Assembly: GCA_951406725.2 (NCBI GenBank)
Contig: OX597818.1
Location: forward strand, 53,940,001-54,004,000
Direction of reading: 5' to 3'
DNA length: 64,000 bases
Source of the DNA: Octopus vulgaris
Lineage: Eukaryota
Shown here: positions 51,121-61,864 of the stretch, one piece after another
Layout: each line of letters opens with the position of its first letter
How positions within the stretch are numbered: the stretch's first letter is position 1
Notes under the pieces: model-generated
Database searches by the model: none
Told to the model about the DNA's origin: nothing
The model's input: only the letters and a program-made list of their open reading frames with translations
Translations under genes and position numbers: made by a program

Positions 51121-52889
51121 AGTTAAATACCTGAACCTCTAAGCCATGTGCCCTTACCGTGAGATATATAGTGGGGAGGAAGGATATGTCATCATCAACA
51201 TCATCGTCGTTTAACGTCTGTTTTTCCATGCTGGCATAGATTACGCAGTTTGACTGGGGTCTGGCAAGCCAGGAGACCGCATCAGGCTCCAATCTGATCT
51301 GGCAATGTTTCTACAGCTGGATGCCCTTCCTAATGCCAACCACTCCGAGAGTGTAGTGGGAGCTTTTTTTGTGTGGCACTGGCACGGGAACCAGTTGGGG
51401 CAAGGGGGCTGGCATCAACCACATATGAATGGTGCTTTTTATGTGCCACCAGCATGAGAGCCAGTCAGGCAGTGCAGCCATAAGCCACATTCAGATGGTG
51501 CTTTTTACGTGCCACCAGCACAGGAGCTAGGCGGGGCGAGAGGGCTGGCATCAAGCACGTTCGGATGGTGCTTTTTACACGCCACCGACACGGAAACAGT
51601 CAGGCGACACTGGCAACGATCCATGCATAGGAAGACAGAGAGAAGGAAAGAGGAAGAGAGAGGGTTGCATATAAATATATTCCTAAAATATAAAGACATT
51701 GTGATTCAGAAGAATGAAATACTTTTCCAGAGGGAAAAATAACTGTGAAGACCTCTCACCTGTAAACTCCTGTGCCATGGCGCCTTCCATCTTCATACAT
51801 CCCTGTGTAGCTATCCAGGTTCGGTAGAATAGCTTTACCCATTCCATGTCTCTCTTCTCTCTCATTTCTTTCGCCTTCGTACTCCTGTGTTACAAAACAA
51901 TTCCTTTAGAAAGTATCTCAGATGACATCTATGCAACTATTACTAACCTCTACTGGCAAAAGACCAGGCCTGGCCAACTCAAATTACATTGTGGGCCACT
52001 TAAATCAGAGAAAATTTTTAATAGTCAAATAATCAAATTACAGAATAAAGAATTTCTTATACTTTTCGTTTGTTTAAAATTATAAAATTATAGGCTGTTG
52101 TTTTATTGCCACTTATAAATCTTAAATTTATTTTGAAACTCTGTTGTGTCTGGGGAGAGTCATTTTCTTTTTGTGCCTTATAATCTAACACACTCACTGG
52201 TAAAATTTCCACTTATTGTCTTATTTTTATTTTCTGAAAATTTTCGTTGCGTCTTGCAACCTTTTCACAAAACTATTGAAAAGGTTGCAAGACGCAACGA
52301 AAATTTTAGGAAAATAAAAATAAGAAATAAGTGGAAATTTTACCAGTGAGTGTGTTACATTATAAGGCACAAAAAGAAAATTACTCTCCCCAGGCACAAC
52401 AGAATATGCTTCAACACACGAACTCACATAAAGAATCTTGCAAACCAAATCCAAAGGCGAAATTTGAAACAAATGTCTTGCACAAACAATTTTATTTTGA
52501 AATTAAACACAATACTTCAAGTAAGTATCAAGTGGGCCACAAGATAAAAGTCTGCAGGTTGTGGGCCGCAGGTTGGCCAGCCCTGCACTAGACAAAGCAA
52601 ATTGACTGATGGTAAACTAGACTCCTAAGCTACTACACAGTTTCCAAAAGTACCAAAAGTTAATTTATTCTATCCTTATCAAGGTAGCGAGCTGGCAAGA
52701 TCGTTAGCATGTCAGGTGAAATGCTTAGTGGTATTCTGTCTCCCTTTATGTTCTGAGTTCAAATTCCACCGAAGTTGACTATACCTTTCAGTATTTTGGG
52801 GTTGATAAATTAAGTACCAGTGAAACACTGGGGTCAATGTAATCAACTAGTCCCCTCCCAACAAATTTCAGGTCTTGTACCTTTTGTTG

Positions 52890-52922
<33 letters not shown>

Positions 52923-52928
52923 CCACCA

Positions 52929-52963
<35 letters not shown>

Positions 52964-52996
52964 CTCATCAAAACCATCATCATCATCATCATCATC

Positions 52997-53043
<47 letters not shown>

Positions 53044-55153
53044 GGCAGCATTTCATCCATCTTCATGTTGTGTTCAAATTCTGCCAGGGTTGACTTTGCC
53101 TTTCATCCTTTCGGGGTCAATAAAATAAGTACCAGATGAGTATTGGGGTCGATGTAATTGACTACCCACCTCCCCCAAATTTCAGGTCTTGCGCCTTTAG
53201 TAGAAAGGATTTTTATTATTGTTATTAAGGCCATGAGCTGACACAATGGATTGCACACCTGGCAAAAGGACTTGCAGTGTCTCATCCATCATTACGCTCA
53301 AATGCTACAGGGGTCAACAAGGGACACACTCCATTGGTTATGGACAAACAAATCTGTGGTATTGAGCAGAATATTTGCTGTAGCCTTTCTTTTACACCAA
53401 GACAAAACATGTACATGATAATACTTCCAATCAGTTAAGATCAGAAGCCACGAGAGACAGTGCCTGGCATTGCATCAGGACAACTATTATTAGTCATTAG
53501 TCTTATTCTTATACCGTGCTTTCACTGCACTACCGAGCACAGCTCTGTGTGCTTTGGGTATGTGCTGAGGTTGTGGTGCTCTTATTTTTACTGTATTGAA
53601 AGTGTGCCATGCCTAGTAGTGCTATTTTCTGTATGTTATATATACTTGTTAGTCCTGGTGTTTTTTGTTACGCATTTGTCTGAATTTTTTTTTTATCATA
53701 CCCGATGCACCTACTATTATAGGAATTGCTTCTGTTTTTAGACTCCACATTTGAGTTACCTCTATTTCCAGATCTTTGTATTTTGAAAGTTTCTCCGTTT
53801 CTTTTAATGAAACATTGTTAACTGTTGTTATTGATACATTGATTAGAAAGCATTTTTATTCTTGGTGATCTCTGACAACTATATCCAGCCTATTGGCCTT
53901 AATTTCTATCTGTGTGTATTGGCACATCCTAGACTATGGTTGCTTTCACATTTTCTGTTACCTTTTTCTGGCATGTGCCCATACAATATTCTTTCTGTTG
54001 TTATTCCATAATGTTGGAATAGCTTCCAGTGTATATGGGTCTCAACTCTGACATGTCTGTGAATATATTCCTTCTTAGTCAGGACTAGAAAGCCAAAGAC
54101 ATTATGATTTATTGTTTCTTCTCCATCTCCACATTCTGCAGTTACTTGTATTTCTTTTCATTGTATGTTTTTCATAAATTCTGGTGAGAGGCTTTGATAT
54201 TATTATTATTATTATTAATATTATTTACCTGACCATCTGGTTATAGGTTGATGTGTCTCCTATTTATTATCTTGTGAAAAGGACACATTCCAACTGTGAA
54301 GCAGACAGTCTACTGCCAGCAGCCTCTGCATGGCAGCTTAGGCATGCTGTGGCTTCTGATGTGCAGACAGATGCTCAGGCTGCAATGTAACTGACTAGTC
54401 AGTTGTCAAGCGATGGTGGGGGACAAACACATTGAAAGCAGCCCGTCGTGTATATGTATGTATATATATATACACACACGTATATATATATACACGCATG
54501 TATATATATATATGCGCAGGAGTGGCTGTGTGGTAAGTAGCTTGCTTACCAACCACATGGTTCCAGGTTCAGTCCCACTGCGTGGCACCTTGGGAAAGTG
54601 TCTTCTACTATAGCCTCGGGCCGACCAATGCCTTGTGAATGGATTTGGTAGACGGAAACTGAAAGAAGCCCGTCGTATATATGTATATATATATGTGTGT
54701 GTGCGTGTGTGTTTGTGTGTCCCCCTAGCATTGCTTGACAACCGATGCTGGTGTGTTTATGTCCCCGTCACTTAGTGGTTCGGCAAAAGAGACCGATAGA
54801 ATAAGTACTGGGCTTACAAAGAATAAGTCCCGGGGTCGAGTTGCTCGACTAAAGGCGGTGCTCCAGCATGGCCGCAGTCAACTGACTGAAACAAGTAAAA
54901 GAGTACACGATGAGCTGCTTTCAGTTTCCGTTTACCAAATCCACTCACAAGGCTTTGGTCGGCCCGAGGCTATTGTAGAAGAAACTTGTCCAAAGTGCCA
55001 CGCAGTAGGACTGAACCTAGAACCATGTGGTTGGTAAGCAAGCTACTTACCACACAGCCACTCCTGCTTGTTTATTTTTGCAGTTAAATAAATATACTTA
55101 TTAATTGATTTATCTTCATTTTCTTATTTTTCTGATTTATCTCCATTTTCTTA

Positions 55154-55203
<50 letters not shown>

Positions 55204-56313
55204 TCAATAATAATAAAGGGTGAAATTAATTAATTTAGAAATAATCATTAATTTCACCAAGTAGAGTTCGGCATGTAAAAGACCCATTCAAGGAAGGTTT
55301 AAGTAATACTAAGTAATTAAGGGTTTAGCAACGATTTGCCTCACCACACACCGAATTTAGAAATAGCAGTCAAAAGGTTTTGGCTATTCTTTCTACTTAA
55401 AAGGGAGATCCCAGTAAAACCAAAGCACTTTGGTTTTACTTGGATCTCCCTTTTAAGTAGAAAGAATAGCCAAAACCTTTTGACTGCTATTTCTAAATTC
55501 GGTGTGTGGTGAGGCAAATCGTTGCTAAACCCTTAATTACTTAGTATATATATATATATACATACATACACACACACAGCAATATTCATATACTAGCTTA
55601 AAAACTACAGTCACATAGATGCATCGGCCCCTCTGTATTTAAGCAGTGCCCATTTGTCTTCGTCTTCAGAATCTAACAAGACATGCCCGGGGCCAAGGCC
55701 CTTTGTGAATGAGAAACCATTGGTCACTTTCTGACTGGACATAGATTTAACTACATATATATTTCTTTATTGCCTACAGGGGGCTAAGCATAGAGAGGAC
55801 AAACAAGGACAGGCAGAGGGATTAAGTCGATTACATCGACCCCAGTGCGTAACTGGTACTTATTTAATCGACCCCGAAAGGATGAAAGGCAAAGTCGACC
55901 TCGGCGGAATTTGAACTCAGAACGTAACAGCAGACGAAATACTGCTTACACATCCACTAGAGTAATATAGGTAAAAAAAATTTCCAATGATTCCGGGTTG
56001 GGAGGGGTCCGGTTTCCCACCCACCTCCTTTTTTTCTTCCGAACAAAAATAAGGGGTTTGCAGCATATTAGGAGGTCAGGGCACTCGATTCCATGCAAAA
56101 AATCCGATTTTTTTTTTCTTAGTGAAAATCGCGCAGGTGAAAGGATTACATAATACCATATTATATACATAAATATGTGTGTGTGTGTGTGTTTGTATGT
56201 ATGTATGTGTGTGTGTATGTATGTATGTATGTATATATTTATGTATGTATGTGTGTATGTATGTATGTATGTATGTATGTATGTATGTATGTATGTATGT
56301 ATGTATGTATGTA

Positions 56314-56344
<31 letters not shown>

Positions 56345-56491
56345 ATGTATGTATGTATGTGCGTGTGTGTGTATGTATGTATGTATGTATGTGCGTGTGT
56401 GTGTGTATGTATGTATGTATGTATGTACGTATGTATGTATGTATGTATGTATGTATGTATGTATGTGCGTGTGTGTGTGTATGTATGTATG

Positions 56492-56525
<34 letters not shown>

Positions 56526-56537
56526 TGTATGTATGTA

Positions 56538-56572
<35 letters not shown>

Positions 56573-56991
56573 ACGTATGTATGTATGTATGTATGTATGT
56601 ATGTATGTATGTATGTATGTATGTATGTATGTATGTATGTATGTATGTATGTATGTATGTATGTATGTGCGTGTGTGTGTGTATGTATGTATGTATGTAT
56701 GTATGTATGTATGTGCGTGTGTGTGTGTGTATGTATGTATGTATGTATGTAATACACTAGTATATTCAATTATATATAACTGAATATATTAGCTTATTAC
56801 TGGTAATTAATTCATCGATTCCAAGTGAGGAGAAATGGCGGAGCCTCTCCGACCGAATTTGAACATAGAAATTTGACAGTTTCACAATAAAACAGTATAA
56901 ATAAACAATGACTTCGAAAGATATGTAATCTACCTACTCCCAGATAGGTACCTTGTTCTTCCTCGCCTTCATCCGACGCTGGAAGAGACAT
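38988..56991 (-). CDS. RSPH1: Radial spoke head 1 homolog (MORN-repeat protein); complement join(56938..56991,51760..51884,48678..48772,46299..46525,44359..44430,41748..41976,38988..39094), 302 aa
   Basis: Seven GT-AG exons with consistent phases (0,2,1,0,0,1). The MORN repeats and [21 protein letters not shown] and acidic tail align with recalled vertebrate RSPH1 (EYEGGRNE...GKYVFDVGCEQHG). Confidence 0.93.
39391..40255. mobile_element. piggyBac-like MITE carrying nested SINE D and SINE C copies
   Basis: TTAA|CCCTTTCGATAC...GTAATGAAAGGG|TTAA. Confidence 0.7.
39845..40225 (-). mobile_element. SINE family C, full length with 12-bp TSD
   Basis: CATTTCAAAATG at 39833-39844 and 40226-40237; an older copy lies at approx. 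2530-2825 (+). Confidence 0.92.
40238..41467 (+). repeat. Complex local duplication
   Basis: 40238-40383 matches 41069-41214, and 40811-41061 matches 41213-41467. Confidence 0.9.
41748..41976 (-). CDS. RSPH1: RSPH1 exon 6
   Basis: attag|[23 protein letters not shown]...EESSDNTD|gtgagt; Glu-rich. Confidence 0.85.
42234..42667 (+). repeat. Tandem array of seven 62/63-bp units inside an RTE 3'UTR copy
   Basis: gactggc unit starts at 42294, 42356, 42419, 42481, 42544 and 42606; two variants alternate. Confidence 0.95.
43960..44140 (+). mobile_element. LINE ORF2 internal fragment
   Basis: [21 protein letters not shown]...[11 protein letters not shown] (KAPGPD-type motif preceding the RT domain). 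Confidence 0.65.
44359..44430 (-). CDS. RSPH1: RSPH1 exon 5
   Basis: tttcag|[24 protein letters not shown]|gtacag. Confidence 0.9.
44500..45147 (-). mobile_element. R4/Dong-like non-LTR retrotransposon 3' end (REL endonuclease C-terminus), interrupted by a SINE C fragment at approx. 44690-44852
   Basis: [40 protein letters not shown]...[20 protein letters not shown]; (ATT)n on both sides. Confidence 0.8.
46299..46525 (-). CDS. RSPH1: RSPH1 exon 4
   Basis: ttgcag|[25 protein letters not shown]...[14 protein letters not shown]|gtgagt. Confidence 0.95.
46900..47400 (+). mobile_element. RTE-clade LINE 3' fragment
   Basis: [18 protein letters not shown]...[12 protein letters not shown]...[11 protein letters not shown]...[13 protein letters not shown] with in-frame stops; tail (CAAGA)n. 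Confidence 0.85.
48277..48648 (+). mobile_element. tRNA-headed, hammerhead-containing short element with inverted 5' duplication
   Basis: B-box GAGTTCAATTCC at 48424-48435, then (AAT)n, the hammerhead and a tail (ATGTAAATA)n; 48277-48390 is inverted relative to 48406-48540. Confidence 0.5.
48545..48590 (+). ncRNA. Degenerate minimal hammerhead motif (G12A, probably inactive)
   Basis: GACAC CTGATGA a GGCTG-gaggatatat-CAGCC aAAA ta TT GTGTT; consistent with CpG decay of ccGAAAcgTT. Confidence 0.5.
48678..48772 (-). CDS. RSPH1: RSPH1 exon 3
   Basis: tacag|[31 protein letters not shown](G)|gttagt. Confidence 0.93.
49564..49666 (+). ncRNA. Type I hammerhead ribozyme, intact core
   Basis: Stem I AGTTCCTT-gtc-TTTC / GAGA-ata-AAGGAATT; CTGATGA (49579-49585); stem II GAAGGCgGCATA / TATGCaGTCTTC; GAAA; palindromic CATATG; TC (GUC triplet, predicted cleavage after 49651). 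Confidence 0.8.
49976..50921. mobile_element. Penelope-like pseudo-LTR remnant: 179-bp inverted arms enclosing a hammerhead
   Basis: 49976-50154 is the reverse complement of 50743-50921; hammerhead at 50176-50291; the left end abuts (TA)n. Confidence 0.6.
50176..50291 (-). ncRNA. Type I hammerhead ribozyme motif with long stem II
   Basis: CTGAAGA (50285-50279); approx. 85-nt stem II (GGC.GTGGGGCA...TGTCCTCAC.GCC, inner ATGCCTCATTTA/TAAATGAGGTAT); GAAA CAGCTG TC. Stem I is weak. Confidence 0.65.
51760..51884 (-). CDS. RSPH1: RSPH1 exon 2
   Basis: acacag|[41 protein letters not shown](R)|gtgaga. Confidence 0.93.
51965..52585. mobile_element. hAT (Charlie-like) non-autonomous element with internal fold-back
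   Basis: TIRs CAGGCCTGGCCAAC / GTTGGCCAGCCCTG (13/14); 8-bp flanks CAAAAGAC vs CACTAGAC. Confidence 0.7.
53495..54200 (-). mobile_element. Decayed R4/Dong-like element (zinc knuckle and REL region)
   Basis: Frameshifted ...KEYIHRH...IHWKL...NRLDIVVRD...[34 protein letters not shown]; the 5' end abuts (ATT)n. Confidence 0.7.
54513..54905 (+). mobile_element. tRNA-headed SINE family A with internal (TA)n/(TG)n; representative full copy
   Basis: Head gcgcaggagTGGCTGTGTGGtaag...GGTTCAGTCCC; tail ggcggtgctccagcatggccgcagtc...gaaacaagtaaaagag. Other copies lie at approx. 435-830+, 5866-6268-, 7090-7465+, 21332-21720-, 24018-24415+, 34606-35047-, 35695-36056-, 40785-41570+, 54907-55067- and 62375-62955+. 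Confidence 0.9.
55306..55547. repeat. Near-perfect 242-bp palindrome
   Basis: 120-bp arms, 2-nt loop (55426-55427), one visible mismatch. Confidence 0.95.
56174..56750. repeat. (ATGT)n/(GT)n microsatellite
   Basis: Seen directly. Confidence 0.98.
56938..56991 (-). CDS. RSPH1: RSPH1 exon 1
   Basis: [18 protein letters not shown]|gtaggt. Confidence 0.85.
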
Positions 56992-57069
56992 TTTTCTTGC
57001 ACAATAAACACAATATCGATCAAAAAACTATGAATGTTTACAGAAATTACAAGCACTATAGCTGTTACT

Positions 57070-57082
57070 GTTACCTAGCAAC
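57070..57082. promoter_or_regulatory. RFX X-box about 80 bp upstream of the RSPH1 start codon, flanked by forkhead-type sites
   Basis: GTTACCTAGCAAC; TGTTTAC at 57035-57041 and 57160-57166. Confidence 0.7.
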
Positions 57083-57462
57083 AAAACGCAGCACGCTTTG
57101 TGTAGTATTCAACTACATGAGCGACTACCACGCGGTAATTAAGGCCGCTTAGAAGCTATTGTTTACTTTCGGTTTTGTTTATCCGCTAATTAGACTTGAT
57201 AAAAATCGAACTCGGATGATTGATGTTGAATGATGACGGCGATGACATATTACACCACCCGTTGTTCTGCAAATATAAGTGCCCAGTGGGATATGCACAA
57301 CAGGTGGCAGTTGGCCTTATGTTGTTTACTGGAGGGTTTAACGAATTTTAAACTAATGGTATTTATTATATCCTCCTCATCATCATCATCGCCGTTTAAC
57401 ATCCGTCTTCCGTACTTGCATGGGTTGGACGGTTTGACAGGAGCTGGCCAGGTAGAAAACTA

Positions 57463-58241
57463 AGGCGGCAAGCTGGCAGAAGCATTAGCACGCCGGGCGA
57501 AATGCTTAGCGGTATTTCTTCTGTCGCTACGTTCTGAGTTCAAATTCCGCCGAGGTCGACTTTGCCTTTCATCCTTTCGGGGTCGATTAAATAAGTACCA
57601 GTTACGCACTGGGGTCGGTATAATCGACTTAATCCGTTTGTCCTCTCTGTGTTTAGCCCCTTGTGGGTAGTAAAGAAATAGGTGTTTCGCGTGTCGATAC
57701 GTTCTGAGTTCAAATCCCGCCGAGGTCGACTTTGCCTTTCATCCTTTCGGGGTCAATCAAATAAGTACCAGTTACGCACTAGGGTCGATATAATCGACTT
57801 AATCCGTTTGTCTGTCCTTGTTTGTCCCCTCTATGTTTAGCCCCTTGTGGGTAGTAAAGGAATAGGTATTTCGTCTGCCGTTACGTTCTGAGTTCAAATT
57901 CTGCCGAGGTTGACTTTGCCTTTCATCCTTTCGGGGTCGATTAAATAAGTACCAGTTACGCACTGGGGTCGATATAATCGACTTAATCCGTTTGTCTGCC
58001 CTTGTTTGTCCCCTCTGCGTCTAGCCCCTTGTAGGCAATAAAGAAATAAGTATTTCGTTTGCCACTACGTTCTGAGTTCAAATTCCGTCGAGGTCAACTT
58101 TGCCTTTCATCTTTTTGGAGTTGTTTAAATAAGTACCAGTTATGCACTTGGGTCGATGTAATCGACTTAATACGTTTGACTGTCCTTGTTTGTCCCCTCT
58201 GTGTGTAGCCCCTTGTGGGCAGTAAAGAAATAAGAAATAAG
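57463..58241 (+). mobile_element. SINE family D (Nin/Deu-domain-like) tandem tetramer
   Basis: One head followed by units starting at 57511, 57681, 57865 and 58049. B-box GAGTTCAAATTCC; the core aggtcgactttgcctttcatcctttcggggtcgat resembles the recalled Deu/Nin domain. Other copies lie at approx. 6695-6815+, 15680-15903-, 25992-26226+, 26395-26890-, 27305-27542- and 55760-55945-. Confidence 0.85.
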
Positions 58242-58279
58242 TGTGTGTGTAGACACATAAACACATTTACATACATACC

Positions 58280-58639
58280 TGGAGTTTTGTTTCGACGAGG
58301 AGGTCTTACCCTCTTTCTCAAATGCTGTCATTACTTTCGAGACAGTACTTCTTGATACACCAAACATTTCAGCTGTTTTCATTACGCTAGCAGCTGCCAC
58401 ACAAGCACCAACAATTTGACCTTTTTGAAAGTCCGATAGATCTGTCATTTTAATGAATTTTAATTACCTTTTTCTGATGATATCTGAAAAGAAACATCAA
58501 TTTTAGCTAAACATATTAAGCAACACTAATAATAAATGAAAAAATAAATAAAAATAAACAAGCTTTTGACGGTTTTATAGATATTTCAAAATTATGATGC
58601 TATGATGCTTGGTGCTTCCATTATTTTGTGAAACCCCTG
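58280..58639 (-). mobile_element. Tc1-like transposon 5' fragment
   Basis: TA|CAGGGGTTTCACAAAATAATGG terminus; HTH N-terminus MTDLSDFQKGQIVGA...TAEMFGVSRSTVSKVMTAFEKEGKTSS (58448-58280), truncated. Confidence 0.85.
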
Positions 58640-58769
58640 TAGATAACTGAGGGAGAGACGGGAGAAAAATTCAATAAAAATACTTGATGGATAGCTAAGC
58701 TAAAAAAAAACCCAGCTTTCCTAAATAAGGAATTGACCGATACATTTGCAGATTTACTAAATATACTTA

Positions 58770-59567
58770 ATAGATAGATGGTCATGTGGCAAGAATGGAT
58801 GAGGATAGCTGTGTGAAAAAGTGCCACACCCTAGCAGTTGAGGGAACCTGTGGAAGAAGTAGACCCAGGAAGACCTGGGATGAAGTGGTGAAGCACGACC
58901 TTTGAGCTTTAGGCCTCACCAAGGAAATGACAAGCGACCGAGACTTTTGGAAATATGCTGTACTTGAGAAGACCCGGCAAGCCAAATGAGACCATAACTG
59001 CGTGGCCTATGCCAGGAGCATAACCAGCCCGCTTATGCGTACCTTTTCCTTCTTTGGTCACTAAACTCTGCTTGTGAAGACCTGTTGAGGCAAGTGAAAT
59101 CAAAATCAAATTCGATGACTGGCATCAGTGCTAGCGGGATGCGAAGAGCACCATACGAGTGTGATCGTTGACAGAGCAGCTAACCAGCTTCCGTGCCAGT
59201 GGTACATAGAAGGGCACCATTTGAGTGTGATTGTTACCAGCATTGCCTTACTGGCACTTGTGCCCATGCTAGTAGGGTGCCAAGAGCATCATCCGAGCAT
59301 GATCGTTGCCAGTGGCATGTGTAAAAAGATTCGAGCGAGGTCATTGCTAGTACTGCCTGACCAGCTCCCATGCCGGTGGCATGTAAAAAGCACCCGCTAC
59401 ACTCACGGAGTGGTTGGTGTTAGGAAGGGCATCCAGCTGTAGAAACTCTGCCAGATCAAGATTGAAGCTTGGTGCAGCCATCTGGTTCGCCAGCCAGCCC
59501 TCAGTCATTCATTCAACCCATGCTAGCATGAAAAGCGGACGTTAAACAACGATGATGATGATGATGA
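58770..59567 (+). mobile_element. RTE LINE 3' end with long 3'UTR; source of the most abundant repeat in the window (family B)
   Basis: GHVARMDEDSCVKKC...GRSRPRKTWDEVVKHDL...DRDFWK, then approx. 60-bp subrepeats, ggcgttaggaagggcatccagctg, CCATGCTAGCATG and (GAT)n. Truncated copies occur at approx. 1200-1560, 1640-1970, 12030-12330, 12950-13290, 18626-18950, 25475-25820, 28015-28400, 31900-32230, 42235-42850, 42985-43350, 43435-43850, 51190-51620 and 60120-60610. Confidence 0.85.
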
Positions 59568-61329
59568 GCTAGAAAGTCAGACAGACATTTGTACACGAAT
59601 AAAATAGCTAACTACATCTAAAATAGTTTTGGTACCAACAAATCTATAATACGATTCATTCGTTCTGTTTGAAACAAAAGTCATAAGGTAAATTTGCGAT
59701 GTAATTACCTTTCAGATTAATACAGGTGTTACAGCTGCTTTATAGATTTCCTATTTAGCAAATATTAATCAGTAACACAGAAACAACATGAATAATAAAA
59801 AAAAAATCAAAATATATTTCACATCTTTCAAGCTTAATTGAATACCGTATTGATAAAGTAATTATCAATTTGTTACTAAGGAAATTTACATGACGATACT
59901 GTTTTCAAATTTTGGCACAAACCCAGCAATTTCGGGGGGAGAGGATAAGTTGATTACATCAGCCCCAGCACTCAAGCGATACTTATTTTATTGATCCTAA
60001 AAGGATGAAAAGCAAAGTTGACCCTAGCAACATATGAATATAGAATCAGTAAAAAAAGTCATTTAGTATTTTCTTCTGCTTGGTAACAATTCCACCAGTT
60101 TTCTGCTTTGGCTATTACATCATCATTGTTGATGTCATGTCCGCTTTCCATACTAGCACGGGTTGAATGGTTCGACCGGGGTCTGGGAAGCCAGGAGGCT
60201 ACACCAGGCTCCAGTCTGATCTGGCAGTGTTTCTACAGTTGGATGCCCTTCCTAACGCCAACCACTCTGTGAGTGTAGTGGATGCTTTTTACATTCCACC
60301 AGCACAGGTGCCAGGGGAGGCTGACATCGGCCATGATCGGTTGGTGCTTTTTACGTGCCACCTGCACAGAAGCCAGTCAAGGCGGCGCTGGCATCAGCCA
60401 CGTACGAATGGTGCATTTTAGGTGCCAAGGTAGGCTGGCAACGGCCATGATCGGTTGCTGCTTTTTACGTGCCACCAGCACAGAAGCCAGTCAAGGCGGC
60501 GCTGGTATCAGCCACGTACGAATGGTGCTTTTTAGGTGCCAGGGCAGGCTGGCAACGGCCATGAATGGTTGGTGATTTTTACGTGCCACCAGGCACGGAA
60601 GCCAAGTCAAGCATCTCAAAATAAATACAGTAACAAAAGGGTTAAGCATTGGCTTATAGTATTTGGAAATGGACAGGTGGGTGTTGTCTATAATGACAGA
60701 GATTGCTAGAAAGTTGGCAAAAGTGTTGGAAAAGAAGTAGGTGGATTCTCATGTAGGATTGAAGTGTTGGTACAAAGGTGTTGTTAGTCTATGGCCTACA
60801 GAGAAGTTAACACAGTTGTGCTCTTTTTAATGCTCATAAAAAAACCTGTTAAACTACTGGCAAACATAACCGCACAAATTCAGCTGGATAGAAGAGGGTG
60901 GCAGTACAAGATTGGGATATAAAGTGTGATAGGGAGTATGAAAGCTGATTAACCATTGTGATTGAAAAGAGCTGTGGCTGAATACAGGCTTTTCACAGTG
61001 AAGAGAAATTTGGAGGGTCCAAGGAAAAATGGGAAAGTGCTGAAGAGGTTCAGATCATGACTGGGGTTTTTAATTGGTAAAAATAAAATAGCAACGAGAT
61101 GCCATATGTCTGTTCCATATGTCCGTTCCTGTTTTCTAGCAGAAGTCATGTATTTGTTTTCCTGTTTTGTCAAGTACACATCACCAAGTTCCAACTGCAT
61201 GAGAAACCAATAGGTATATTTTCTGACAGAATCATTCAAAATGTACCAACCTTTGCTGTATCATCCATTAGGTGTTGGAATAAAGTGTGACAATCAATTA
61301 CAACTCTTAATAATAATAATAATAATAAT

Positions 61330-61864
61330 AGTGGCTCTCATGGCTTCTGATCTTAACTGATTGGAAGAGTTATCATGTACATTGTTTTGTCTTGGTATAA
61401 AAGATGGGCTACAGCAAATATTCTGCTCAATACCACAGATTTGCTTGTCAGTTGTTTGACCTTAACCAGTTGAGCATGTCCCTTAGTGGCTGACGATATG
61501 TGCATCTCTGATCACGAGAAGAAGTAGTGGGGGAGCATCATAGCCATGTGTTGGGAGGGATTTTTTGGGGTTTGAATAGTTCACCTCTGGAAACATGGGT
61601 GGTTCTTTCAACATCCTTAAACAACCCTTATTCAGGGACCGTTTGAGCGGGATGGGCTACTCAACCTGAATAAAATTCTAACTGGGCCCCACCTGCAAGG
61701 TCATGTGCTGTTTATCTTGATATGAGATCACCATGTCGTGCACATATGGTTGTGATGCATGTGCCTGGTGTACCTTTATCAGACGGGTAGTCATGATGGG
61801 TATATTGAGCTTCGTATATTTTACCCCAGTGTCACTTTGATGGCATGAACTGCTCTCTCACTCA
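61330..61864. mobile_element. Unclassified non-coding interspersed repeat embedded in (AAT)n
   Basis: (AAT)n on both flanks; the first approx. 125 bp recur inverted at approx. 53340-53465. Confidence 0.55.

Noticed and set aside
55950-56765. Possible Helitron-like element carrying the (ATGT)n tract (CTAG near both ends)
   Set aside because: There is no second copy and no clear subterminal hairpin, so it cannot be supported from this window.
56825-56870. YY1-like AAATGGCGG near the RSPH1 5' end
   Set aside because: Appears to lie within a decayed SINE D fragment.
60660-61290. Possible decayed LINE RT fragment on -
   Set aside because: Too degenerate to assign by eye; a TBLASTN against RT profiles would decide.
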